Source of the DNA: a virus
Length of the DNA stretch: 64,000 nt
Direction: 5' to 3' (one strand)
IMG/VR virus record: IMGVR_UViG_3300036985_009306
Location: 64,001-128,000 of that record
Below, piece after piece: positions 7,856-19,400 of this stretch. Numbering within the stretch: position 1 is the first letter of the stretch; every line of letters begins with the position of its first letter. A program made the position numbers and the translations under genes. The notes beneath the pieces were generated by a model. That model made no database searches, was not told where the DNA came from, and saw only the letters and a list, made by a program, of their open reading frames with translations.

Positions 7856-8443
7856 ATGTCTCTTTACACCAATACAAGTTCTAGGAGATACAATAGCAAG
7901 CCTATGGTGTTTGATTTGAATATTGAGTCACCACCTCCTTCATTGACATTGCTTATTAATCCAGCAAATTTAGAAATTAAATATACACCTAAGTTAACTG
8001 AACAGAGAGTAAGATGGGCTGGAACAAGTCCAGGATACATATTTCATGTTCATCATGATGAACTAGATGTTTTGTCTGCTTCAGGAAAGTCTGCTATGTT
8101 TATGTCAGATCATGGTTTAACTAGAACTAATAGAACAGATACATTGGCATATGAGAATATAGAAACATTGGTTGCTTTTTATAGGAATAATGGCTCTAAT
8201 TTTAATCCAAAGTCAAATTCAACTACAAATCCTGCAATGATAAATTCCGTTGGAAGGGTTACGATAACATATAATGGATTTTTATACAAGGGTCATTTTA
8301 TAAGTTTTACATGTACAGAGAGTGATTCGAGTCCATTTAATGTTGATTTTTCTTTTGATTTTAAGGTAACAAGAACATTTGATGTCGGTCAAGTTGGTTC
8401 AAATTTCACAGCAAATTTTACACCTTTTTCGAGTCCATCATGA
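7856..8443 (+). CDS. Putative tail tube initiator / baseplate-proximal protein (paralog B)
   Basis: LTLLINPANLEIKY...LSASGKSAMF...YxNNG, paralogous to 7318. Has GAGGAG RBS. Confidence 0.6.
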   Translation: MSLYTNTSSRRYNSKPMVFDLNIESPPPSLTLLINPANLEIKYTPKLTEQRVRWAGTSPGYIFHVHHDELDVLSASGKSAMFMSDHGLTRTNRTDTLAYENIETLVAFYRNNGSNFNPKSNSTTNPAMINSVGRVTITYNGFLYKGHFISFTCTESDSSPFNVDFSFDFKVTRTFDVGQVGSNFTANFTPFSSPS

Positions 8444-10677
8444 ATAATAGAGTTCTAGGTGACGGTCAGAATGTATTGAATCCGGGTTATAGACAACCTG
8501 AGACAGTTCAGTTGGCACCAGATGCATTAGTGTTTATTAATGGGTCAAATATGATGCAAGATCCTGAAGGTAAAGTATTTGACATCAGACAGGATATAAC
8601 AGATATAGAAACAAGTTTGTCAACAGAACAACAGGGAACAGCAGGTTTCACAATTTCTTATCCATCTACATCAGGAGGTAGAGAAGGTCAGTCTAAATAT
8701 AAGAATTTGTTGATAATGTCTGAAGTTATGATTTACTTTAGAGGTCGTTTTTTAAAGAAGAGTCAATCTACACAACAAAAGCAGTTTGTTGGGCCTCAAC
8801 TTCAAGTTGTTCCGCCAGAAGGACCTATAATATATCCATATTATCAGGCATTTTGGGGAATTATTACTTCTATAACAGAGAATTATAATGACGGGGTAAA
8901 TACAATTTCTGTTTCATGTGCAGATATTTTGAGATGGTGGCAAATTACAAATATTACAGTTAATCCTTCTCTTCTTTCTTCTGTAGATAGTCTTAAAAGA
9001 TTTTTGACAAAAAATTATGGTGTGAGTAAGACAGATTTTGCTTTGCTTGAAAAAGGTTTGAAATCAAAAGATGGTGCAGGAAGAGGGGTTTCTTTATTTT
9101 CTACAATTTTTTCAAATAAGACTATTCCAGAAATTTTTGAAGCATGTTGTAATCTTTCTTTACTTCAGATGTCTCCACTTAATGATTATCTTGTTACAGG
9201 ATCTGTTGCTGTTGAAATAGGACAAAAAATACGAGCTGAGATTGATAAAGGACAAATGAATTATTGGCGAGAACGACTTCAACAAGTAGGAAGAAATTTA
9301 AAAATTTATGGATTGAAAAAAGATACTAGAAAAGGTTCGGAAACATTAGGCAAATGGATTATTGATCCTACACAATTAATTACTTATCCTACATTAGAAA
9401 AGACTAAACAATTACAAGATATAGGGAATATAAATACTTTTTATCAGATGTTTCCAGCTGCTCCATCTATAGCAAAAAGCGATAGAAAGAGTCAGTATGA
9501 AATAGCAAATGAGGTAAAAGAAGGAATTGGTTTTGAATTTTTTATGGATGTTAACGGTGAAATTGTATTAAAAATGCCATTCTATAACTTAAATGTAAGT
9601 CAAAATATAAATTCGGTTATTCATGATATAGATATACTAAGTTGGAGTTTTGTTCAAAGTGAATCTGAAGTTGTAACAAGAATCGATGTAACAGGTGCGA
9701 TGGCTAATATATCTGATGGCGGGCATGGTGCTCCTACAGGAATTGCATATAGTCCTTTATTAACTCTTCAATATGGAGAACGAGAACAACAACGTCATAT
9801 GCCATGGCTACGCAATCCTAAACAATGTGAATTTTGGGGAAAAGTTGAATTAGCAAGAGCAAATGCTTTAGTCAGACAAGGAAGTATTTCTATTATAGGA
9901 AGACCGGAACTTAGACTCGGGTATCCAGTTTATATTCCATCAAGAGATGCTTTTTACTATGTCAAAGGAATTGAACATAGATTTAGTTTTGGTGGAAATT
10001 TTTCTACTACTTTAACTGTAGTAGCAGAAAGATCTAAAGGTAAATCTTTAACTCTTTTTAAGAATGTAGGCGGATTAACAGATGAACAAGTTACTACACC
10101 AGGAACATCTATTGCTGAATCTAATACGACAAATAATTTTGTGACACAGCTTTCTATGCCATCAGTTTGTACTCCAAGAGCAAAGGAGCATGTGTCTGTA
10201 GTCAAACCAAATTTTGCAATTGATTTATCTCAGATATCTTCAATGCCTTTTGGGGATTGGCAGCTGTCAACAGGACAGGAAGTAGATCCTACTTCTGCAA
10301 CAGGACAATTTCAAGTTACAGATGCCGATGGATATGAATTAATGGGACAAATGGGTGCTGAACCTTATATTAGTTATGGCTATGGTTTACGATTTTCGGC
10401 TAATAGCACTATTGATCAACCTCTTTCAAATGCGTTATCCTCAAAAGCAGCAATAGGTGCAGCACAAGCACTTAAGTTAAAAGTAGAAAACAATTCTCTT
10501 GTAATTAATCCGAACAATGTTGCTTGGACATTGGATTCTGAAGCAAGTCAGGGTGCCAAGATGATAGATTCTGGTGATACTGGTCCTGCAAATAATGCTG
10601 CAAAAGCACAAAAACTTTCACCTGATTCTGTTATTCCTGAAGGATTTACAGGTTCTTTGGGAGCAGCAATTCCTTAA
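8440..10677 (+). CDS. Baseplate hub protein (T4 gp27 / P2 gpD-like)
   Basis: FEFFMDVNGEIVLK, GSISIIGRPELRLGYPVY, YYVKGIEHRFS..FSTTLTV hub signatures. Confidence 0.75.
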   Translation: MNNRVLGDGQNVLNPGYRQPETVQLAPDALVFINGSNMMQDPEGKVFDIRQDITDIETSLSTEQQGTAGFTISYPSTSGGREGQSKYKNLLIMSEVMIYFRGRFLKKSQSTQQKQFVGPQLQVVPPEGPIIYPYYQAFWGIITSITENYNDGVNTISVSCADILRWWQITNITVNPSLLSSVDSLKRFLTKNYGVSKTDFALLEKGLKSKDGAGRGVSLFSTIFSNKTIPEIFEACCNLSLLQMSPLNDYLVTGSVAVEIGQKIRAEIDKGQMNYWRERLQQVGRNLKIYGLKKDTRKGSETLGKWIIDPTQLITYPTLEKTKQLQDIGNINTFYQMFPAAPSIAKSDRKSQYEIANEVKEGIGFEFFMDVNGEIVLKMPFYNLNVSQNINSVIHDIDILSWSFVQSESEVVTRIDVTGAMANISDGGHGAPTGIAYSPLLTLQYGEREQQRHMPWLRNPKQCEFWGKVELARANALVRQGSISIIGRPELRLGYPVYIPSRDAFYYVKGIEHRFSFGGNFSTTLTVVAERSKGKSLTLFKNVGGLTDEQVTTPGTSIAESNTTNNFVTQLSMPSVCTPRAKEHVSVVKPNFAIDLSQISSMPFGDWQLSTGQEVDPTSATGQFQVTDADGYELMGQMGAEPYISYGYGLRFSANSTIDQPLSNALSSKAAIGAAQALKLKVENNSLVINPNNVAWTLDSEASQGAKMIDSGDTGPANNAAKAQKLSPDSVIPEGFTGSLGAAIP

Positions 10678-10695
10678 CTCACTTAGGAAAATTAA

Positions 10696-12789
10696 ATGCC
10701 TCATCAACTACCATTAAGATCTGGTGAAGATCCTTACAGAGGTAAAGAAGTTGATATAACTAAATACACAAGATTGGGTTATATCACTAGAGTTGACTAT
10801 GAGACTGGTTATGTTGACATCACTTGGTTAGAAGGTAGAGGTTTTACTCCTTTTGTTCGCTTGCCTCTATCACATGCTTCTTTAAGAAGCACTATCCGTG
10901 GAATGCCAGAAGTAGGAAGCGTTGTGATTTGCGGGTGGTCTCGTCAATCACAAACTTGGGAGGATCCTGTTATCCTTGGTTTCACAGATTTTAGTCTAGA
11001 GACCTTACTAGAATATAGGCTTCTTAGAAATGACAAAACTTCACAAGCATTAACAGACATAGCGACAATTCGAGAAAAAATAGGCTACAATGTAATCAGA
11101 GGAAAACGTAGAAAAATATATCCTGGTGAAATTCAAATAGAATCATCTCCAGGAGCTGAACTATATCTTGATGAAGATGTCTATCTCTCAGACAGCAAAC
11201 TTAATGAAATAGAAATAAGATCAGCTGATAAATCTATTCGTTTATCCTCTAATCAGATTTATACTCTTACTCAAGCTTCTCGTACTTGGAATGGATTAGT
11301 TGCTAGAGAACCTGGTGATTTAAAATTTAATTTTCAACCAACAACACTTCCTAATGGTCAAAAAGTACAATTTGTCACTGATTCAAATAATCCATTACAT
11401 GTCGGCGGTCAAGCATTTACAGAACATAGAATTGAAATGTATGAAACATCTAATGGCATAATGAAAGCTTCTGAAGTTAATGCCGGTTATGATGTAAATG
11501 CTCAACAGCCTTTTTTGACTTATGTTTTGGGAACATTAGTCGGTAATGATAAAACTGATATAGCAAAGTATGCTAAAGTATTAAGACCTCAAATTTTTGG
11601 GATACCTTTTGCATCTGAAGTTTCTTTAGATTATCTAGAATGTACTCCAGAAGAATATTCAAAACTTTCATCTGCTGTAAGTCTTAAATTGTTGTCTAGA
11701 GCAAGAATAGATATTGACAAAGAAGGGCATCTTTTTACTTTCTTTCCTGCATCATCTGGTGCACATTCTTTAGGAGCAGGAAGAAGTTGGGAAGGTGCAT
11801 TTGAAGGTGCAGTAAAACTTCTTTTGGGTGCTGACAATGTAGACAATAAATCTTTGTATTTAGACACTAAAGGTGGCATTAAAGCTACTTTGGGTTATGA
11901 TAGAGAAGGAAAAAGTAGCAATATTGTAGCACAAAAAGGAATGTATGTAGAAGTAATCGCTCCGGGTAATGATGGCAATTCTTATTATTTAAAAACAAAG
12001 GGTCCATATAAAGGTTTAATAGATGGACCTTATAATTTAGAAGTTACAGGTGATTATAATGTTGTAGTTCATGGAAAATATATTGTACAATCTTTGGGAA
12101 CAAGAGAAGAGAGTTTTGTCAATGACAAAAACAATATGTATGGTGGATCTTATAAAAAGATTGTTATAAAAGATAAACAAGAGCAAATAGGTTATAATAG
12201 AGATACACGAATAACAGGTAGTTTAGAAAGAGCTCCTGGAATTTTTACTCCAGCATTGCCTTCTCAAATTACAGATGGTTTGTTGTTGACCACAGGTACT
12301 AGAGATGAAAAGTATCTGAACGGGAATTTAAAGAGAACAATTCTTTTGGGAGATGAACATGATACGATTGTTAAAGGAAATATGGTTGAAGATCTTACAT
12401 TGGGTGACAAGACTACAAGTGTTAAGGTCGGAAATATTAATCAGAACATCATTAACGGATCTTCAACAGAAGCAATCGTAAATGGATCAAAAAAAATTTC
12501 TATTAAGAGTGGTTCATTTGTAGTAGAAATTGTTGCAGGTGATGTGCAAGTGAAGACAAGTTTGGGCGCAATTAAAATTAATTCAATAGCACAAACAGTT
12601 GATATAAATGGTGCGTTAGTAGTTACAATCAAGAGTGGGGTTAAATTAAATTTGTCAGGACCTCTTGTACAAATTGGGTCGCTTCCAGCTGTCGGCGGGG
12701 TCGTCACGGGCCTTCCGACACCTACACATCTCGATTTCGTCGTAGGATTGCCATTGCTTGCAAGCAAGACAGTAAGTGCATCTATGTAG
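10696..12789 (+). CDS. Baseplate central spike (gp5/gpV-like; OB fold plus beta-helix)
   Basis: N-terminal GYITRVDYETGYVDI...RGMPEVGSVVICG (OB-fold-like). Repetitive Gly/Val/Ile beta-strand repeats toward the C-terminus. His near the tip (THLDFVVG). Follows the hub gene. Confidence 0.75.
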   Translation: MPHQLPLRSGEDPYRGKEVDITKYTRLGYITRVDYETGYVDITWLEGRGFTPFVRLPLSHASLRSTIRGMPEVGSVVICGWSRQSQTWEDPVILGFTDFSLETLLEYRLLRNDKTSQALTDIATIREKIGYNVIRGKRRKIYPGEIQIESSPGAELYLDEDVYLSDSKLNEIEIRSADKSIRLSSNQIYTLTQASRTWNGLVAREPGDLKFNFQPTTLPNGQKVQFVTDSNNPLHVGGQAFTEHRIEMYETSNGIMKASEVNAGYDVNAQQPFLTYVLGTLVGNDKTDIAKYAKVLRPQIFGIPFASEVSLDYLECTPEEYSKLSSAVSLKLLSRARIDIDKEGHLFTFFPASSGAHSLGAGRSWEGAFEGAVKLLLGADNVDNKSLYLDTKGGIKATLGYDREGKSSNIVAQKGMYVEVIAPGNDGNSYYLKTKGPYKGLIDGPYNLEVTGDYNVVVHGKYIVQSLGTREESFVNDKNNMYGGSYKKIVIKDKQEQIGYNRDTRITGSLERAPGIFTPALPSQITDGLLLTTGTRDEKYLNGNLKRTILLGDEHDTIVKGNMVEDLTLGDKTTSVKVGNINQNIINGSSTEAIVNGSKKISIKSGSFVVEIVAGDVQVKTSLGAIKINSIAQTVDINGALVVTIKSGVKLNLSGPLVQIGSLPAVGGVVTGLPTPTHLDFVVGLPLLASKTVSASM

Positions 12790-12841
12790 ATATTTTATGA
12801 AATTAGTATTTGTTTTGTAATAACAAAAATTGAGATTTATC

Positions 12842-13432
12842 ATGCCAATTTCAGGTCCAGTGTTCTCAGGGTTATTAATGGTTGAACTTGCTTCACAAGG
12901 ATTTACAGGAGCACAATTACTACAACTCTCAAATGGTATAGGTAATGGAGTTGCAAATTATTTGTTGACTTCTGCTATTTATCAAGGTGTAGGTATTGGA
13001 ACAACAGTTGGAGCAGGAGTAGGAACCGGTTTTGTTCAAGGAATAGTAGGACCTGTTGCAGGAATGAATATATTTCAAATGATGACTGCTGTTGGTTTTA
13101 CTGGTCCCAAGGCTATTCAAATGGCAATGGCAATAGGAAATGCTTTTTCATCTTTTATATCTTTGGGAATTGTTAATTCTGTTTGTATAGGTATGGCAAT
13201 AGGAACTGGAACTGGAACTCTTATAGTAGCAGGTCCTGCTATGGCGGCAAGTATTATGGGTATGTTGACAGCTGTTGGGTTTACTGGTTCTCAAACATTG
13301 CAATTAGCAATGGCAATAGGAAATGGAATATGTAACACAATTTTGTCATCAGGAATAGTAATGACTGTACTAGTTGGGGGAGGTTTTCCGCCAATTCCTA
13401 TGACAGGTGTAGATATAGGAATGTTATCTTAA
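12842..13432 (+). CDS. Gly/Ala-rich hydrophobic repeat protein, spike-associated
   Basis: Three repeats xGFTGxxxxQ[LM]xx[AG]IGN[GA]. The ORF track starts at 12830; ATG 12842 chosen as the more likely start. Confidence 0.65.
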   Translation: MPISGPVFSGLLMVELASQGFTGAQLLQLSNGIGNGVANYLLTSAIYQGVGIGTTVGAGVGTGFVQGIVGPVAGMNIFQMMTAVGFTGPKAIQMAMAIGNAFSSFISLGIVNSVCIGMAIGTGTGTLIVAGPAMAASIMGMLTAVGFTGSQTLQLAMAIGNGICNTILSSGIVMTVLVGGGFPPIPMTGVDIGMLS

Positions 13433-13442
13433 TAGGAGATGT

Positions 13443-16400
13443 ATGAGCACACTCTTAACACAATCTGATCAGAATATTCTTGAAGATTCTAAACAAAACA
13501 CACAAGATCAGAATCAGTCTATTCAACAATCATCTGTTACTATTACTACAGAGATAGCAAGTTTACTTTTAGTTGATGTACCTTTTAAGAAACAATTAGA
13601 TCCAATTCATGTCAATATTTTTGCATTTGAAGAAGAGTTAAGAAGATTAAATGGAACTTCTATAATTCAACCATTGCAAGAAAAAGGTTTTACAATTTCT
13701 GACACATCATCTAATTTTGCCCGTCTTTATATTAATAATGGAAGATTAATAATAACAGAAAATACAATTCTTCCAGTATCTGTTGTTCTTACTATAGATG
13801 TAGGTTTAAAAATTTTAAATGTTGGTCCAAGTTTATCATTATCTGTTGGACAATTTATTGTTATTGCTTATGATTTTTATAATCAAATGCAAGGTGAAAT
13901 TGTTGCTTATAATTCTTCTACAGGCTCACTTTCTGTAAATGTTATTACGATTACTGGATCGGGAACATATTCTACTTGGAGCATATACACGCAGATATTT
14001 AATGGACCATTGTTTCCTATGAGAGGATATAGTAGATCTCGATTTGCAGGAACTCAACAGACAGGAACAATCACAAATCTTAGTACAACTATTTCAGGAT
14101 TAACATCAACTGCAAAACTAAGATCAACAGGAATAATAAAGACAGCAGGAAGTTTTGTGATTGGAGCAAATTATATAATTGTGTTCATTGGATCTACAGA
14201 TTTTACTTTAATTGGTGCTAGTTCAAATGCTGTAGGAGTAACTTTTACAGCAACTGGAGTTGGTTCAGGTACAGGAACAGCAACTACAAATCCAGGTCAA
14301 TTTGTAAGTGGAACAGGAATCCCGAAAAATGCTTTTATTATGAGTATAGCTAGTTCTACAAGCATAATAATATCTCAACCGTGTACAACAAGTGGTTCTA
14401 TAACTATAACTTTTGGTTCAGATTTTGATATCTGGTCAAGAGATCGTTATGGTGCAACAACTTCATCAAAACAAACAGGTTCACCTTATATAATAGACAA
14501 ATATCATAAAAAACTTAAAGTAACATTTGATGGTGTAACTACTGTTGAAATAGATTTGTCTAATTTGATAAGCATTGATCAAGTAGATGAAGTGGTTATT
14601 TCAAATACATTAGGGACAGAGACCGCCGTTCAATTAAAATATTTTCCTGTAATTTCTTCTACTGATTCTATTTCTTTGTCTTTAAGTTCATTTGTACTTA
14701 TTGATAAAGCACAATATATGGTAGATTATAATACAGGAATTATTACGTTTTTGCAGGCTATTCGATCTGGTTTCAAGATGACCGCTGATTATGAGAATTT
14801 GGATGGAACTTATAGTGAAACAGTTTTTGAAAATACTACAGGTGCAGAAACTGTAGCTCAGTTAACACATATTCCTATGTTTGGATCTATAGTAACTCTT
14901 ACAACAACATTTATTACTATCAATTTAGTAAGAGGAACTGATTATAATATTGATTATTCTACGGGATATGTGACACTTCTTACACCAATAGTAGATAATG
15001 TCCAAATGTTAGCCTCATATGAAAATTCAGCGAATGTTTTACCTTCTTCATTGGCATCTTCAATTCAATTGTTGATTCAGAATTCTGATCCTTCATTAGA
15101 AAAGATTGCATGTGTTTTTAATATATCTATTAATACTTTTACAATAATATCTGGTTCTGGACCGTCTGCTTCTGTTCAGGTAGTTCCTTGTTCTGATTTA
15201 ATAGTTGGAGAGATTGATTTGATGAATTATTTGGGCTTTGATCAACAGTTTATGATTCAAGGAAAGTATCAAAACAATCTCTTAAATGTTGCAATAGATG
15301 CTACTCTTGCAGGAAATTTTGTTGTAGATGCTAAATATACAATTGTATCAATTGGAACAACAGATTTTACTTCAATAGGAGCAAGTTCAAATACAGTAGG
15401 TCTTATTTTTACGGCAACAGGAATGGGTTCGGGAACAGGTGTTGCTGCAACTTCAAGTCAAATAAGTGAGATCAAGATATCAGATTTCAGGAGATGTTTT
15501 CAAGATGCTAATCTAGGGTATGATAATGATGATCTCGGGTATGACTGGTCAGGTGGTTTAGATAAGCCTCTTGGTTATATAGGGGCAAATAAAGTAGGCC
15601 CTCTATTTTGTTCTGGCATATCAAACGGGAAGGATGTTGCAAAGTCAATAGAAGCACAACTTAGGATGGTAGGATCTGGTGGTTTTATAAATGCTAAAGT
15701 ATCTTATTTTACGAGAGATAATATTTTTATTATCTATAGTGGAACTATGGGTCCAAATTCATCTGTTCATGTTATTCCTGCATCTGATTCTGATAGAGAT
15801 GCAATGAATCTAGTTGGTTATGTGTTTCCTCCTGTTTTTCCAGAAGAAGAAAGAGGAAATGAACAATATTATAATACTTTAAGAGATCTTTATGATAAGC
15901 TAGCAACAGTATCTCATATTCAAGTTTCTGGTTTGAATAATCCATCGACATTGAGTCATTCAATTTTGTATCAACAACTTAATGGTGTTAATATTAGTTC
16001 TAGTTTTAATGATAATGTAGATCTTACTACGACTCTTATTTATGATTATGGATCAAGAGGTTTACCAAGGCTTTATCCTAATGGAAAACTAGTCATAGAT
16101 AGTAGTAATAATATGATTAATTTTTTTGAAACAACTGATATAGAACTTGCTGTAACTATAGCATCAGGTACATATACCAGTGAACATGATGTAGCAACTG
16201 TTATTCAGAGCGCCCTTGGTTCTGGGTATACTTGTACTTATAGTTCTCAACAGAAGAAGTTTACAATTGCAAAAAATACAGGAAGTTTTGGATTGTTGTT
16301 TCAAACAGGCGCAAATGCTTTAACAGGTATTGGTAATTATATAGGTTTTAACACAAGTGATAAGACACTAGCAACTTCATTTACATCTGATTTTCAAGTA

Positions 16401-19400
16401 ACTTTTCAGATGACAGATTATTTTAATCCTTTTTTGCCAAATCAATTTGATGGGGCTCCTAAAGCACCTGATTATACTGTTGATGAATATTCTGCATTAT
16501 TATATGAGCAATTAATTTTGGGATTAGAAAGTCCTATATTGGTTGCATTGCAAAATGAACTTACTCTTAACAATAATGAAGTTTTATTAGATGGATGGGA
16601 AAGTATTGCAAATATAGAATTTTTTAAGACACAACAAGAAGACACTGCTTTAAGATATCAAAAAGGTGCATATGTAAGTCATATTAGCGAAAATGATTCT
16701 GTTACAACAAATATAGATACAGCTTTAGCAAATTTAACCCCTAATTTTAATAATTTGACTTCATTAGAAACGCATATTTTATTGCACTCTCATGCGGCAA
16801 TATTAAATCTAACTCAATATTTACAATCATTTTCTGTTTCGCCTGTTACGATAGTTGCAGGAGCAGGTTCTAAGATTTACAACAATCCTCCTATATTAGT
16901 TTCTTATGAAAATGTTTTAAAACAAATTACTGGTAGATGGAATCTACCTTATCTATTTTGTTCATCTACAACTTTTACGCCCGATATTGTAATATCTACT
17001 CTTACAAATAATAGAGATGGTGTTGAAGGATATAGTTATTCAGGGCAAACACCAAGTGGATCATTTTTTATTACTGACGACACTAATGCTGTTGTGACAG
17101 GAACTACAACAGGACCATTTGATTTGTCTGTTTCTAATACTTTATTATTTGAAATTGATGGAGGAGGTGCTCAAACTGCAGAAGCTACTGCAACAGCAGG
17201 GTATACGCAAAGTAGATCTGCTGCTACATCAGGGTTTGTTATTAAAGCAAATACAAATGATTGGATAGATTTTAAAGAAGCTATAACAGAATTACATGCT
17301 CAAATTTCACCAGGAGTTTATGATGTTGCAAGTTTGACAACTGAAATACAAAACAAAATGAATGCAGCAGGAACTTATATATATTCTGTTTCTTATGCAG
17401 CAAATACTTTTGCTATAACAACAACATCTATTTTTCAATTGTTATTTCTTACTGGAGTTCATAATTCGACAAGTATTGCTTATACAATGGGGTACAGTAT
17501 TTTAGATCATTCTGGATCTTTAGTTTATATTGCAGAAGGTTTTTCAATATTTCCTGTCATTACTGGAGTAAATGATACTTTTATTACTTCGATTAATGGG
17601 AGTTCTAGTTCAATAGTCACAATTTCTCAGGGAAGATATAATTCATCTGGTTTGATAATTGAGATGACAAACAAAATTGGTTTACAAATTCCAGTCGGAC
17701 AATTTAACATAACATATTCTTCAGATTTGTTTGTAATTACTTCTACAATTCGAGGTACTGTATCTGTAGTGGAAGTTTATGAAGGGACAAATGATTTTCT
17801 TAGAACAATAAAATTGGATGCCGATGTTCCAGTTCATGGTACGGGTAATGTAGCAAATGTTGCTACAGTTTCTGTAGATGAATTTGTAAGTATTTTAAGC
17901 GTATTGTCTGGGTTTACTGTTTCAAATAGTTCTAATCATATAAAAATGCAAACAAATTCAATATTAGGTTCTTTAAGTTCGATTGAATTCACAGGTGGAT
18001 CGGCTATAGCTATTCTTGGATTTGTTGTAGGAACAACAACAGGTATAGATGCCAACAATAGATTGAAGGTTGATATAGATGGTGATTTGTCTAAACCGGA
18101 CATAATATTAACTACAGGTACTCTTACTGGTTCACAGATTGCGTCTGATATTCAGACAAAACTTCAGGTGATTGGTAGTGGAGGATATGCTGCATCTATA
18201 TGTACTTGGAATGAGACGACTGTATGGGCTAGTTTTACTAATGCTTTTAGAATTGTATCAGGAACAAGAGGAATTTCTTCTACAGTAAATGTAAGTAGTG
18301 GTTCAGCAATTCCGGTGTTGAAGTTTGATACTCAGACTATAGTGAATGGACAAATTGTTGTTGATATACAAGCAACTTTAGATAGTACAAGTTTTAAATC
18401 AGTTTTGTCATTAGGTAATTCAACGACTAGAATGGATTTGAATTTTAATATTGCTGTTGCTCCATATAATAAAGTTGTCAATTTAGTTGATGCAATTAAT
18501 ACATCACCTTTTTATTCTGATGCTACTTTGACTAAAGCAAATTTAATTTCTAGAATAGCTGAACCATATAGAATAGAAAATGTTGATACTTTAATTGTTA
18601 CTGCAAATGGTGAAGCACCGCAGACTTTAACTTTTCATGCAGTTCATGGAACATCTGTTTCAGGAAGTGGCGGTCATACAAGAATTTATAGTTCTAATAA
18701 TAGAATAGGGATTAGTTTAAATGGTTATACTAGAATTGAGATCACAATTGGAGCTCAACTTTCTGCTTATGATATTGCAATAAATATTCAATTACAGGTA
18801 AGATCAATTATAGTACCAAATGATAGTGAATTGCAAGCTGCATATTCTCAATTTACTTGTAGTTATGTAGGAACAAGGTATTATTTAACTTCTGGGACTG
18901 GAGGAACAGGATCATCTGTTGTAATTACAGATGCATTATCAAACAATGCTGCAGTAGATTTGAAACTTGGTGTTATGAATGGAGGATATGAAGATCCAGG
19001 TTCAGGTAATTTTGTAAATAGTTCTTTTGTTACTAAATCTGAGTTAGAATCCATAATATATGGATCAGGTTTTGAATGTGATTTGACAAGTGATGATTAT
19101 TTGAAGATTCAAAGTTCTACTACTGATGATACTTCTAGAATTCAGATAGCAGGTACAGCAAAATCTAAATTAGGTTTTGATTTAAATGATGATTCTTATC
19201 CTTCTTCAGATTTTAGCAATCTAGATACTTCACAACTTATGCAATTTGCAGATCAAAGCATTATGTCTCCCATAATGTATAAAGTTAGAATTGGATTTTT
19301 ATCTGGATTAGGTAGCATTAATGTCACTTATTATACTACAGATAATTCTCAAATTACTGCAAGATTACCTATAATTTCTAGTAGGTTACCTACAATTCCT

